A DNA stretch of 64,000 nt from an uncultured virus (IMG/VR IMGVR_UViG_3300002140_000088) (IMGVR_UViG_3300002140_000088); one strand, 5' to 3'; positions 7,912 through 16,947 are shown, numbered from the stretch's first letter. Translations and numbers: made by a program. The notes: a model not told the origin generated them from the letters alone.

Positions 7912-8626
7912 GTTCCCAACCATATTCATTAACCAAGGTTCTTAAGAAGTCTGCTTTATCTGGCGTACCACTATTTGCTTTGTCTTTCATTATTTTTTTA
8001 GACAGGGCATTAGGATCTGAGCCACCAATATGGATATTGCTTAATGGCACATACTTTAGTTTCCAGCCTTTAACATGCTGAGCAAAATAGGACAGCCAAA
8101 GATCTTCCATCAAATAAACCTCTTCTGGATGATTAAAAAGATTATCATCTAAGAAAATTGAAGCATCAACTATAGAGGCTGCTGTACCACAATAATGGAT
8201 TGTCTTTAAGTTATCAGAGGCTTTCTTCCTATGTCTGTAATAATCCTGACCGTTGTTTGAGAATCTCCAGGCATAGGCCGAGCAGTAGCTGTTTGGCTCA
8301 TATGTATCCAGTATCTCCTGGACATACTTCTCTGATATAGTTATATCATCATCAATAAATAATACTATTTCGGTACCGCTTTTGGCTAGGTCTCTAGCTA
8401 TAGTTAGTCTTCTATAGGCATAGTGCTCATTACTATCATGTGAAAGAGTTATGCTTAGTTTATCGGAAAAGTATTTGGCATACTGCTCTGCTGCCGCAGC
8501 ACTCCTCTCGCTTGAGTTGCTGACATACACGTCAAAGTCCCTATACGTCTGATTAGACAGAGTAAGTAGGGTTCTTTTTAAGGATGCGATCCTTTGCCAG
8601 GTTAGCAACACAATTGTAATTTTCAT
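7901..8626 (-). CDS. glycosyltransferase, GT2-like (GT-A fold)
   Basis: ITIVLLTWQR N-terminus, FIDDD DxD motif, MEDLWLS. Confidence 0.85.
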   Translation of the reverse strand: MKITIVLLTWQRIASLKRTLLTLSNQTYRDFDVYVSNSSERSAAAAEQYAKYFSDKLSITLSHDSNEHYAYRRLTIARDLAKSGTEIVLFIDDDITISEKYVQEILDTYEPNSYCSAYAWRFSNNGQDYYRHRKKASDNLKTIHYCGTAASIVDASIFLDDNLFNHPEEVYLMEDLWLSYFAQHVKGWKLKYVPLSNIHIGGSDPNALSKKIMKDKANSGTPDKADFLRTLVNEYGWELKD

Positions 8627-8640
8627 AAGCTATCTATATA

Positions 8641-8660
8641 ATATTACCATATGGTATTAT
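8641..8660. promoter_or_regulatory. back-to-back extended -10 promoters
   Basis: Palindrome taccatatggta gives TGGTATTAT on plus and TGGTAATAT on minus between divergent GT genes. Confidence 0.5.
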
Positions 8661-8686
8661 ATAAGTAAGGAAGGGGTCTGCGTCAA

Positions 8687-9631
8687 TTGGCAAACATTGT
8701 ATTTTTAGGTAACTTTAAAGTTAATTTTAGCTCTGAATCACACCACGCTAAAAGCTTAAAGTCTTTAGGGCACAAGGTCACAAAGCTACAAGAGCAACAC
8801 CATACAAGCCAGGACATACTTAGAGCAGCTTTATCTTCAGATCTTTTTATTTGGGTGCATACTCATGGCTGGAAAACTCCTGGAAATCTTGGAATGGATA
8901 TCGTTCTTACCGAGCTAAAGCAAAAAGGCATCCCCACAATGACATACCATTTAGATTTGTGGCTTGGACTAGAAAGAGAAAAAGATTTAGAGACAGACCC
9001 CATCTACAAAAGCATAGGACACTTCTTTACCGTAGATGAGCAAATGGCCAAATGGTTTAATAAAAACACATTGGTCAAGGGGCACTACATCCCTGCTGGA
9101 GTATACGATCAGGAGTGCTACTATCAAGCTACGGCTAAGAAGTTTGATGTTATCTTTGTTGGCAGTAAGGGCTACCATCATGAGTGGCCCTACCGCCCAA
9201 AACTTATTGAATGGTTAACCAACACATACCAAAGACGGTTCAGGCACTACGGGGGTGATGGACTTGGGGCAATGCGGGGAGAGCCTCTCAATACTTTATA
9301 TGCTAGAACAAAGGTTGTTGTTGGAGATACCCTATGCCCTGACTTTACTTACCCTAGCTATTGGTCTGATAGGGTATACGAAACCCTTGGTCGTGGTGGA
9401 TTTATTATTCACCCTTATATCAAAGGTATGGAAAAAGAATTTACTGATAAAGAACACTTAGTCTTTTATGAATATAATAATTTTAAACAATTAAAAGAGT
9501 TAATTGACTACTACCTGGAGAACGACGAAGAGCGTGAAAAGATCCGTCTTGCTGGTCATAACTTAGTTAAAAATAATTATACCTATAGGCATAGATGGGA
9601 AACAATTCTTAAGGAACTTAATATTGGATAA
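8687..9631 (+). CDS. glycosyltransferase, GT-B fold (CgeB/Glyco_trans_1_2-like)
   Basis: DVIFVGS, SDRVYETLGRGGF, IDYYLENDEEREKIRLAG...YTYRHRW; TTG start with SD. Confidence 0.85.
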   Translation: MANIVFLGNFKVNFSSESHHAKSLKSLGHKVTKLQEQHHTSQDILRAALSSDLFIWVHTHGWKTPGNLGMDIVLTELKQKGIPTMTYHLDLWLGLEREKDLETDPIYKSIGHFFTVDEQMAKWFNKNTLVKGHYIPAGVYDQECYYQATAKKFDVIFVGSKGYHHEWPYRPKLIEWLTNTYQRRFRHYGGDGLGAMRGEPLNTLYARTKVVVGDTLCPDFTYPSYWSDRVYETLGRGGFIIHPYIKGMEKEFTDKEHLVFYEYNNFKQLKELIDYYLENDEEREKIRLAGHNLVKNNYTYRHRWETILKELNIG

Positions 9632-10481
9632 GCCCAAAGCGTTTCTTCTTAGCTTTGAAGGACTATGTTTTGCTAATGACAAAGATGACTTCGGATTTGT
9701 TGAAGAGGCTTTTAATAAAAACAATATAAAGATTTTAAAGGTTTTTTCTTTGCCCAAGATAGATAGAGCATTTGTTGTATTGTCTGGATCCGATTTGGCA
9801 GGGATGGAGAAACTTGTTTCTAATGAGCTTCTGTCTATTAATAAAATAGTATTATTTATTACGTCTGATGAGCGTGGTGATTTTGATGTTGAAAGAATTC
9901 ATCACCCCAACATTATAATTTGGAAACAGTACCCATACAAGAGGCATAGGAAATATTTTAAGATGCCAATTGGTGCCCCAATGACAATGAAAAAGGATAT
10001 TCCAGAATATACAAGCAAGACAAACGAAGTATTCTTTGCTGGACAAATAACCCACAGTAGAAGGCGACAGTTAGCAAAAGCTATAAAAAATTTGAAAATA
10101 GATAATTATTTAGCGACTCCTGGTTTTATGCAAGGGGATCCAAGAAGCATTTACTATTCTAAAATGATAGCCTCAATGGTTGTTCCAGCCCCTGCTGGGA
10201 TAGCTTCAGTAGATTCTTTTAGATTCTATGAGGCATTAGAGATGTTAGCCCTTCCTATTGGAGACACAAAAACATCCAGAGGAAAACATTTTGACTTCTG
10301 GGAATTTCTTTTTGATGGCAAGGCCCCTACACCAAAGACAGATGACTGGAACAATCTAGGTGATATACTGTCTAGTATACAAAGTAACTACCCTGACAAC
10401 ATGCATCAAGCTGTATCCTGGTGGATTAAGTATAAGAGAGATTTTTCTAATAAGATTATGGAGCAAATAAATGAAGACTAA
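9624..10481 (+). CDS. glycosyltransferase, exostosin/GT47-like
   Basis: FFAGQITHSRR...Y...PAPAG...DSFRFYEALE.LALPI. Confidence 0.7.
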   Translation: MDKPKAFLLSFEGLCFANDKDDFGFVEEAFNKNNIKILKVFSLPKIDRAFVVLSGSDLAGMEKLVSNELLSINKIVLFITSDERGDFDVERIHHPNIIIWKQYPYKRHRKYFKMPIGAPMTMKKDIPEYTSKTNEVFFAGQITHSRRRQLAKAIKNLKIDNYLATPGFMQGDPRSIYYSKMIASMVVPAPAGIASVDSFRFYEALEMLALPIGDTKTSRGKHFDFWEFLFDGKAPTPKTDDWNNLGDILSSIQSNYPDNMHQAVSWWIKYKRDFSNKIMEQINED

Positions 10482-11229
10482 AGATATCACATTTATTGTA
10501 CCAACCTCTGTTCTAGTTACCCATCCAGATACTGCAATTATAGACCAAGTAATAGGATCCATCAGAAAGTACTTTCCAGATAATGAAATTATTTTACAGG
10601 TAGATGGTCTTAGAGAAGAGCAGCTACACCGTAAAGAACAATATGACGAATACAAGAATAGAATTCTGTGGAAATCGTTACATGAATATAAAAACGTTTT
10701 GCCCATTATACTTCCTGAGCATTGTCATCAGTCCACAATGATGGAAAGAACTATTGACATGATCGATACTCCGCTTATGTTTTATGTTGAGGGAGACATT
10801 GCATTCAAAGATAATTTAGATATTGACTGGGATGAGTTAGTCGCCATGCTCGCCTCGGAGAAGGCCTATACAGTTAGATTCTATACATTCAATAAGAGTA
10901 TTGAGAAGTCACACAAACGCCTAATGCTTGAGCAAGATGGAAACTTTATTAAGACATTCCAGTGGAGCCAGCAGCCACACCTTTCTTATGTATCTTATTA
11001 TAGAGATGTGGTACTTCCTAACACTACCCCGAAACTTTTTATTGAAGATAAGTTTTATGGTAAAGTTTTTTCTGACTGCCACGAAACAAAAGAGAGGTGG
11101 GACGAGCATCGACTCTGGCTCTATAACCCTCCCAAAAAAGACATAAGAATCGTTGACGACTTGAATGGTAGGAAGAATCTTAGAAAATTTACTTCCGATG
11201 ATGAAGCATGGGGGCTAACAGAAGCATGA
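10471..11229 (+). CDS. putative glycosyltransferase (GT-A fold)
   Basis: ITFIVPTS...SIRKYFP...FYVEGD; lies within the GT operon. Confidence 0.65.
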   Translation: MKTKDITFIVPTSVLVTHPDTAIIDQVIGSIRKYFPDNEIILQVDGLREEQLHRKEQYDEYKNRILWKSLHEYKNVLPIILPEHCHQSTMMERTIDMIDTPLMFYVEGDIAFKDNLDIDWDELVAMLASEKAYTVRFYTFNKSIEKSHKRLMLEQDGNFIKTFQWSQQPHLSYVSYYRDVVLPNTTPKLFIEDKFYGKVFSDCHETKERWDEHRLWLYNPPKKDIRIVDDLNGRKNLRKFTSDDEAWGLTEA

Positions 11230-12266
11230 GACTAGGAATCATTGCAAGATCAGATAAGACTGGGCTGGGGAATCAAACCTATGAGCTTACAAAAATGCTT
11301 AATCCAGACAAGGTGCTACTAATTAATTCTTTTTATTTTAATAAGAATGAACAGTTTCCAAAACTTTATAAGGGATATAATGTTACAGAAAGCTCACGTG
11401 GATTTATAACAGATGAAGAGGCTAGGAATTTTCTAGAGGGTCTTGATGCAGTATTAAGTTGCGAGACATTCTATAATAGAAACTTTATTAATATTGCTAA
11501 AAAAATGGGCGTAAAGACATTATTACAGTATAACTTTGAGTTTTTAGATAATCTAAGAGATCCAAACCTTCCTGTACCAGATGTGTTTATTGCTCCTAGC
11601 ATGTGGAACTTTGATGTAGTACTTAATAGTTTTGGCAAGAAAGCAAAGGTAGTCCATCTCCCACCACCAACATCTTTAGAAAAGTTTTCTTCTGCTAGGA
11701 AGTCAAACATAACAGACAAGCCACACAATAAGATTCTTCATATTGCTGGCAAAATAGCTGATGCTGACCGCAATGGTACTAACACAGTTATGGAGATGCT
11801 TAAACACTCTACCGCAGACTATGAGCTTGTGATCAAGGTACAGAACCCACAGAAGCTAGAGAGACCTCCAGCAGACTCTAGGTTACGCATAGACAGTAGT
11901 AACCCAGATAACAGTGCAGATCTTTACGTGGGTTTTGATGCAATGGTTTTGCCAAGAAGATATGCTGGGTTATGCCTGCCAATGAATGAAGCATTGTTGA
12001 GTGGCCTACCAGTCTTTATGACTAACATTTCCCCAAATAGTTTTGTGCTGCCAAAAGAATGGCTGGTAGAGTCTAAGCAGATTGACAAAATAAAAACAAG
12101 AACAGTCTTACCAGTCTATGCAGCAGACCCAATTGCTCTAGCCGCTATGGTTGATAACTTTGTTTCTAACCAGAATAGAGAAAACCAAAGAGCTTTTGAT
12201 CTTGGCAAAGAGTTGTTCTCTCCAGAGTCATTAAAAGAAAAGTATATTAGTCTTATTAGTCAGTAG
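11226..12266 (+). CDS. glycosyltransferase, GT4-like
   Basis: DAMVLPRRYAGLCLPMNEALLSGLPVFMT (variant of the GT4 EGFG...EA motif). Confidence 0.85.
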   Translation: MRLGIIARSDKTGLGNQTYELTKMLNPDKVLLINSFYFNKNEQFPKLYKGYNVTESSRGFITDEEARNFLEGLDAVLSCETFYNRNFINIAKKMGVKTLLQYNFEFLDNLRDPNLPVPDVFIAPSMWNFDVVLNSFGKKAKVVHLPPPTSLEKFSSARKSNITDKPHNKILHIAGKIADADRNGTNTVMEMLKHSTADYELVIKVQNPQKLERPPADSRLRIDSSNPDNSADLYVGFDAMVLPRRYAGLCLPMNEALLSGLPVFMTNISPNSFVLPKEWLVESKQIDKIKTRTVLPVYAADPIALAAMVDNFVSNQNRENQRAFDLGKELFSPESLKEKYISLISQ

Positions 12267-12357
12267 TTAAATTTAAGGGTATACACTAGTACCCCTAGTT
12301 TTGTCTAAAGCTCTCTAAGAGGCTCTCAGGGTCTTACCCTTGTATGGCAAAAGGAAA

Positions 12358-12440
12358 TGTCCCGTACAAGGAAATTCAGGCACGAAGGCCCGATCTAATA
12401 AATGGGTAACTAAACCATCACTAAGGTCCTGTACGGGACA
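12358..12440 (-). ncRNA. candidate structured small RNA (three-way junction)
   Basis: 11-bp perfect terminal inverted repeat enclosing two hairpins; extended -10 TGGTATAAT just upstream; U-rich run downstream. Confidence 0.6.
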
Positions 12441-12445
12441 GTTTA

Positions 12446-12454
12446 ATTATACCA
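12446..12454 (-). promoter_or_regulatory. extended -10 promoter
   Basis: TGGTATAAT between the terminator and the candidate RNA. Confidence 0.65.
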
Positions 12455-12465
12455 CGATAGCAAAT

Positions 12466-12498
12466 AGAAAACCCCAGGCTGCCGTGGCGAACCTGGGG
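12466..12498 (-). terminator. intrinsic terminator
   Basis: CCCCAGG-N13-CCTGGGG followed by TTTTCT. Confidence 0.7.
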
Positions 12499-12515
12499 AT
12501 TGCTATGATATTATC

Positions 12516-12653
12516 CTACTTCTTGAACCAATCGGTTGTAGAAATACCAATTAAGTATTTTGCTCCAACAGTAATTCCAAAGATGGAACCAACAACTACA
12601 GCAGCTGACAAACTAATTGCAGCTGCCCATTCAAACACTAACCATGGACTCAT
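12516..12653 (-). CDS. small membrane protein (45 aa)
   Basis: SD aaggagag; MSPWLVFEWAAAISLSAAVVVGSIFGITVGAKYLIGISTTDWFKK. Confidence 0.65.
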   Translation of the reverse strand: MSPWLVFEWAAAISLSAAVVVGSIFGITVGAKYLIGISTTDWFKK

Positions 12654-12717
12654 TTTCTCTCCTTGTTTTTTGGTCTTCATTTTTCAAAGACAATTCTAGT
12701 ATACACCATTTCCCCAA

Positions 12718-13104
12718 TTAATCTGGTAGGTTTTTAAGAACACCATCAATAATATCCAAAGCCCTCTTACGATCTGCTGCTTTAACATTAGTATTATTAA
12801 TTAATACCTTAGCTTCATCAAGCGACTTGATAGAGTCCTGCACACTTTCAATGTACTGGAATGCCCAATCCCTTGATTCAGATACAAACTTTAAGAATCC
12901 ATCAGTCTGCTCAACCCGCTTAGTTTCTTTGTTGACCAGCTGTTCTGCAAGCTTCTTCTTAAAGTATTCTTTTTCAATCTGATTAGCTGCATAACCAGCT
13001 AAGAGTTTACGATACTTTATTCTTGAATCCAAGTATAAAAATGTTATTGAAAATAAAAATAAAATAAAGAAAATAAATACAAATAGCTGCAACACATTAA
13101 TCAT
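12718..13104 (-). CDS. membrane-anchored coiled-coil protein
   Basis: N-terminal TM; FLKFVSESRDWAFQYIE. Confidence 0.75.
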   Translation of the reverse strand: MINVLQLFVFIFFILFLFSITFLYLDSRIKYRKLLAGYAANQIEKEYFKKKLAEQLVNKETKRVEQTDGFLKFVSESRDWAFQYIESVQDSIKSLDEAKVLINNTNVKAADRKRALDIIDGVLKNLPD

Positions 13105-13352
13105 TATTCTTCTCCGCCTTCTCTTACAATCAGTACGATTGCCCCATTGTCTTCAAGAGCTTTCTTAGCCCTAACCATATACTCTACAGCCCTACGCTTA
13201 TCTGCATCTAAGAGCCTCATAAACTGCTTCTCTCCAGCCTTAAGAGTAATGAAGTTATCATTATCTATTACGTCTAAGCCAAAGCCTTTAGGACAGTAGT
13301 GTGCTACTGAACGAAAAGCTCTTGCCATCTCTTGTGTATACATATTAGTCAT
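13104..13352 (-). CDS. hypothetical protein
   Basis: 82-aa ORF coupled to whiB; start may be the second Met. Confidence 0.7.
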   Translation of the reverse strand: MTNMYTQEMARAFRSVAHYCPKGFGLDVIDNDNFITLKAGEKQFMRLLDADKRRAVEYMVRAKKALEDNGAIVLIVREGGEE

Positions 13353-13629
13353 CCATTGTTAGTTTACGCCAGGTTTTTTCCCAATCTGGCTTTGATTTAT
13401 GATTGTTAAATTCCTTTGAAATTGTACCATTCTCTAGGTACACACCACCCCATACTCCCCACTCTTTCTGGGATACACCAATGGCGAAGCATTCCTTCCT
13501 CACTGGACAGGTAGAGCAAAGTTTATCAATTGCTGGTCGTAGATTTTCATCTTCTTCGTACTTATCAAAGAAGAAATTAGTGTCATACCCATAACACGAG
13601 GCATCATTTTTCCAGGAATGCTTATCCAT
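13345..13629 (-). CDS. whiB: WhiB-family Fe-S transcription factor
   Basis: W...ASC...FF...CSTCPVRKEC...WGVWGG. Confidence 0.93.
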   Translation of the reverse strand: MDKHSWKNDASCYGYDTNFFFDKYEEDENLRPAIDKLCSTCPVRKECFAIGVSQKEWGVWGGVYLENGTISKEFNNHKSKPDWEKTWRKLTMDD

Positions 13630-13632
13630 ACA

Positions 13633-13842
13633 TTACCTCATTATCTTATTAGGGATTTCCCACCCTTTTTCGGTGATCACAAAACGCTTCACCATGCACC
13701 ACTTATCATTAACAAGTGCCCCAAATTTTGATGTGCGAGCCTTATCTGAAGGGTAGAAGTGTACGACATCCCAGCCATCCCACTCAAGCTCTTTATTTTT
13801 AGTAACAATTTTTTCCATGTTATCGATAGATGAAATTAGCAC
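13633..13842 (-). CDS. hypothetical protein
   Basis: LEWDGWDVV motif; GTG start. Confidence 0.7.
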   Translation of the reverse strand: MLISSIDNMEKIVTKNKELEWDGWDVVHFYPSDKARTSKFGALVNDKWCMVKRFVITEKGWEIPNKIMR

Positions 13843-13874
13843 TGTCTTCGCTTTCTACGTCTTTTACCTTTTAA

Positions 13875-13901
13875 TGCTATTCCTAATTGCTAGGAATAGC
13901 A
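13875..13901. repeat. 11-bp perfect inverted repeat in an intergenic gap
   Basis: tgctattccta-attgc-taggaatagca. Confidence 0.7.
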
Positions 13902-13977
13902 ATGTTTCTATTTTTCAATCTTTGCCCATTGACTCTCGCAATAGATAAGAATGAGTTTTTATTACCGCTGAGTTTTA

Positions 13978-14328
13978 TCAGTACCTATAGATCTCTACAG
14001 TTACTTCTTTGGCTTCAGCAGAATCTACGATAGAGGGGATTGGCTCTTTTGGCAAGGCAAAGTATGCAAAGTAATCAATGTCAGAAAAATACTCTAGGAT
14101 CCAGGTCTGAGGAACCTTACGAACCTGGATCTTAATCCCACGAGCCTTGAGGCCACGCTCAGACACATTAGAGAACTCCGTAGCCATTTCATTCACACGT
14201 CTTGGACCAGCGGTATATAGGAAGATAGCCCTATCTTCTTCATCCATACGATTCATTGCTGTGCCCATAGCATTTAAAAAAATAGAATAATCATTAAACT
14301 TATTGCTACCATTAACTACGATTATCAT
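13978..14328 (-). CDS. hypothetical protein, possibly SLOG/YspA-like
   Basis: MIIVVNGSNKFNDYSIF resembles the SLOG N-terminal 'iiv.GsR.f.dy' motif. Confidence 0.6.
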   Translation of the reverse strand: MIIVVNGSNKFNDYSIFLNAMGTAMNRMDEEDRAIFLYTAGPRRVNEMATEFSNVSERGLKARGIKIQVRKVPQTWILEYFSDIDYFAYFALPKEPIPSIVDSAEAKEVTVEIYRY

Positions 14329-14716
14329 TGCCGTTTCCTTCCGTTAGTTTTTCTACTACAAACATTGTATGTTTTAATTCTACAGCATCCATACCCATTG
14401 TGTCAACTTGCTTTGCCGTTTCTTCTATAACACCGTTTCTGTTATATTCTGCAACATAAAGCTGGTTCTCTTTAATCCAATAAGCTTTCTTCTCTACAAT
14501 CATTATCTTAAGATGTGTCTTATGCATATAGTCAGAAGACTGTGTAGATTTATTTTCTTTTTCTATTGCAACATAGCTAATTTCAGAAAGAATTTTATAT
14601 AATTGGCTTTGGCTATTGCTAATCTTTATTGCTTTAACTGGTAAACGCTTAAACATAAGCTTATTAAGAACTAAGACACAAGCAAGCGTTACAAAAGAAC
14701 CCACAAGATATTCCAT
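14312..14716 (-). CDS. membrane-anchored hypothetical protein
   Basis: N-terminal hydrophobic segment. Confidence 0.7.
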   Translation of the reverse strand: MEYLVGSFVTLACVLVLNKLMFKRLPVKAIKISNSQSQLYKILSEISYVAIEKENKSTQSSDYMHKTHLKIMIVEKKAYWIKENQLYVAEYNRNGVIEETAKQVDTMGMDAVELKHTMFVVEKLTEGNGNDNRS

Positions 14717-15112
14717 TTAGATTTCTCCGTTACTCCTCATAGCGTCCATAATAATAGTAAGAGTTACATTTTCTTTGTAGCTTAACTGGCTAACACTTTC
14801 TTTATCAAATGCAAGATCTGTTAAGTTTACTTTTGGATTGGGATGAGTCCTATCCATAGAAACAAAGCCTTTAACCCAGAGATCATCTAAAGTTTCTAAA
14901 AACATTTTCTCTATCTCCTCTTGAATATCTGGTACAGCCTCTGTTAGTTTGGAAGAAACGGTATACAAGAATTCTCCTGTATCTGAATCAATAGACTCTA
15001 CTTCAACCAATCCATTTAAAATAAGATTATCTATGGCTTTTTCTACTTCTTCTCTAAAGTCCTTGTCGTTGTCCACTGATACTATCGCTTTCATTGATTG
15101 TTTCATATGCAA
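14717..15112 (-). CDS. hypothetical protein (start uncertain)
   Basis: Acidic ORF, possibly winged-helix-like. Confidence 0.65.
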   Translation of the reverse strand: MHMKQSMKAIVSVDNDKDFREEVEKAIDNLILNGLVEVESIDSDTGEFLYTVSSKLTEAVPDIQEEIEKMFLETLDDLWVKGFVSMDRTHPNPKVNLTDLAFDKESVSQLSYKENVTLTIIMDAMRSNGEI

Positions 15113-15284
15113 AATTATCCATAGCTGCCCTGCCAGATTCTGTGTTCATAATCTTATTATAGTGGTGTGCACAAAACGTAAGTTCACCAGTAAAACCAGT
15201 AACCTTTACGTATGCCTGTGACCCACAAGAATCACAACGATCATGGACATTTAAAACTTGTTCTTTTACATCAGCAATAGTCAT
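15054..15284 (-). CDS. Zn-finger hypothetical protein
   Basis: DRCDSCGSQAYV...LTFCAHH, a motif common in actinobacteria and their phages. Confidence 0.75.
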   Translation of the reverse strand: MTIADVKEQVLNVHDRCDSCGSQAYVKVTGFTGELTFCAHHYNKIMNTESGRAAMDNFAYETINESDSISGQRQGL

Positions 15285-15286
15285 GT

Positions 15287-15472
15287 CTATCCCTTTCGGT
15301 TATCAGTTTTATAAAATCCGTTACCGTTAAAAGTAACTCCTATATTAGAGTATACCCGCTTTAGTTTAATATTGCAAGCTTTACAGAAAAGATCAGGGGC
15401 ACTATCTTTAATGCCCCTGACCACATCTGTTTCTAAGCCGCAATCAGTACAACTATACTGATATGTTGGCAT
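15287..15472 (-). CDS. FmdB-family zinc-ribbon protein
   Basis: MPTYQYSCTDCG...CKAC...FNGNGFYKTD. Confidence 0.85.
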   Translation of the reverse strand: MPTYQYSCTDCGLETDVVRGIKDSAPDLFCKACNIKLKRVYSNIGVTFNGNGFYKTDNRKG

Positions 15473-15474
15473 AC

Positions 15475-15750
15475 TTACTTCTTTGCAGCCTTCTTAGCAG
15501 GAGCCGCAGTGGCTGCCTGAGCTGCTTGAGTCTGTGCACGCACAGATGCTTTAGTTTCTGCTGCAGGCAATGCAACAGAGGTTAGAAGTGACAGAATACC
15601 AGCTAGGAGAGAAACCCCAGCAATATCTGCCCAATCTACATTCAATACCGAAACCAGCTGACTGGTTCCTAAAAGGGCTAGGGCAGTCTGAGCAACTGTT
15701 TTAATTGCACGTTCTCCTGCCGAAGCCCAAAAGGCTGTACTTGTTAACAT
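15475..15750 (-). CDS. holin (r1t-like)
   Basis: FWASAGERAIKTVAQT...DW...SLLTSVA; downstream of the endolysin. Confidence 0.85.
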   Translation of the reverse strand: MLTSTAFWASAGERAIKTVAQTALALLGTSQLVSVLNVDWADIAGVSLLAGILSLLTSVALPAAETKASVRAQTQAAQAATAAPAKKAAKK

Positions 15751-15787
15751 ATGTTGTTTCCTTTCTTTTAGATTACAACATTCTTAA

Positions 15788-16150
15788 TTATAGACCATCA
15801 GGGTTACCGTTGTCAAGTTCATCTGGCACTGATTCTCCAAACCTAATTCTTTGTGCTGGTGGATTCCATAGACGTACATCTTCATAAGTAGCTGATGTAG
15901 TATATGCAGTTATGATGATCGCTAACAATGATACCCCGCCGATGACCATCTCTACACCAATTTGACTGGTAGTAAAAATAGTAACCGCACCAAAGATAAT
16001 CATAAGCATGGCAACAATGTATGCACCATAGATTAATCTACGGCGATGTCTCCATGATGGACCTTGTGCAAGGGCGGCATCAGATGCAGCGATCTTATCC
16101 TTACGATTAGTGCTTAATCTATTAAACACTTCAATCAAAGTGGAGAACAT
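15788..16150 (-). CDS. 2-TM membrane protein in the lysis cassette
   Basis: WRHRRRL followed by two TM helices; between endolysin and holin. Confidence 0.7.
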   Translation of the reverse strand: MFSTLIEVFNRLSTNRKDKIAASDAALAQGPSWRHRRRLIYGAYIVAMLMIIFGAVTIFTTSQIGVEMVIGGVSLLAIIITAYTTSATYEDVRLWNPPAQRIRFGESVPDELDNGNPDGL

Positions 16151-16893
16151 TATTTTATGTCTCCAGCATTAAGGGCTCTCTGCAGGGCACTGACGGTCAG
16201 CCTACCCCAATTACCATCAGGCCTCACCCCAAGCTTTGATTGCACTGCTTTACGAGTATTAGGCCCAAAGACCCCATCGGCCTTTACACCAGCCCAGGCT
16301 TGGACTGCCTTATGGGTCATTGTCCCTGGCCTACCATCTGGAATTCCTGTGTAGTGTCCAGCACTCTTAAGTGCTTGCTGGAATGCTTTCCATGTGGCAC
16401 TTGTTAGTCTTCCGTCAACCTTCAGTGGCTGTGGCTTTACGTCTACTGGTGCAGATGGTGCAGCATTTAGATATGGCACTGGATCTACTTGACCACCAGA
16501 CTTGCTGGTACGAACTTCAAAGTGTAGGTGGGCACCTGTGGATCTGCCAGTGCTTCCTGAAGTATAAATAAAATCTCCAGCTTTTACACGATCTCCAACA
16601 TTAAGCCTAGATCTTTCTGCACCATGGTAGTATGCAGTAAATAGATTGTTTTCATGCTGAATAACTACAACGTTACCGCCAGACTGTCTAATCTTTTGCT
16701 TAGGAGTCAGGTTACGCCATTCATTAGCAACGTGAACAACCTTGCCATCTCCAGCAGCTGTTACTGGGAATGTGCCACCAACATCAATTCCTCTGTGGTA
16801 AGACCTCTTTTTTGTAAATGGATCTGTTCGCCATCCAAAGGGACTTCCTGTGTTGATAGTTTTGCCTTTAGGCCATGGGCTAATAAGTGTCAC
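16150..16893 (-). CDS. endolysin: M23 peptidase with peptidoglycan-binding repeats
   Basis: HRGID, TGRSTGAHLHFEVR; C-terminal DGxxGxxTxxAxQ repeats. Confidence 0.9.
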   Translation of the reverse strand: MTLISPWPKGKTINTGSPFGWRTDPFTKKRSYHRGIDVGGTFPVTAAGDGKVVHVANEWRNLTPKQKIRQSGGNVVVIQHENNLFTAYYHGAERSRLNVGDRVKAGDFIYTSGSTGRSTGAHLHFEVRTSKSGGQVDPVPYLNAAPSAPVDVKPQPLKVDGRLTSATWKAFQQALKSAGHYTGIPDGRPGTMTHKAVQAWAGVKADGVFGPNTRKAVQSKLGVRPDGNWGRLTVSALQRALNAGDIK

Positions 16894-16947
16894 GATTCTC
16901 CAATCAGTATCTATATCATTATACCATTAGAAACAAAAACAAGTAAC

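Noticed and set aside
12275..12340. Small hairpins downstream of the RNA candidate (agggt-ctt-accct and others)
   Set aside because: Too short and weak to call; they may only serve termination of convergent transcripts
12358..12440. Assigning the RNA candidate as a hammerhead, SRP RNA, Y RNA or C/D-box RNA
   Set aside because: It lacks CUGAUGA/GAAA, the SRP GGAA loop and the bulged Ro-binding helix; GUGAUGG/CUGA is only a partial C/D match
12340..12699. 119-aa plus-strand ORF
   Set aside because: TTG start without a good SD; antisense to a well-supported 45-aa gene, a terminator and the RNA candidate
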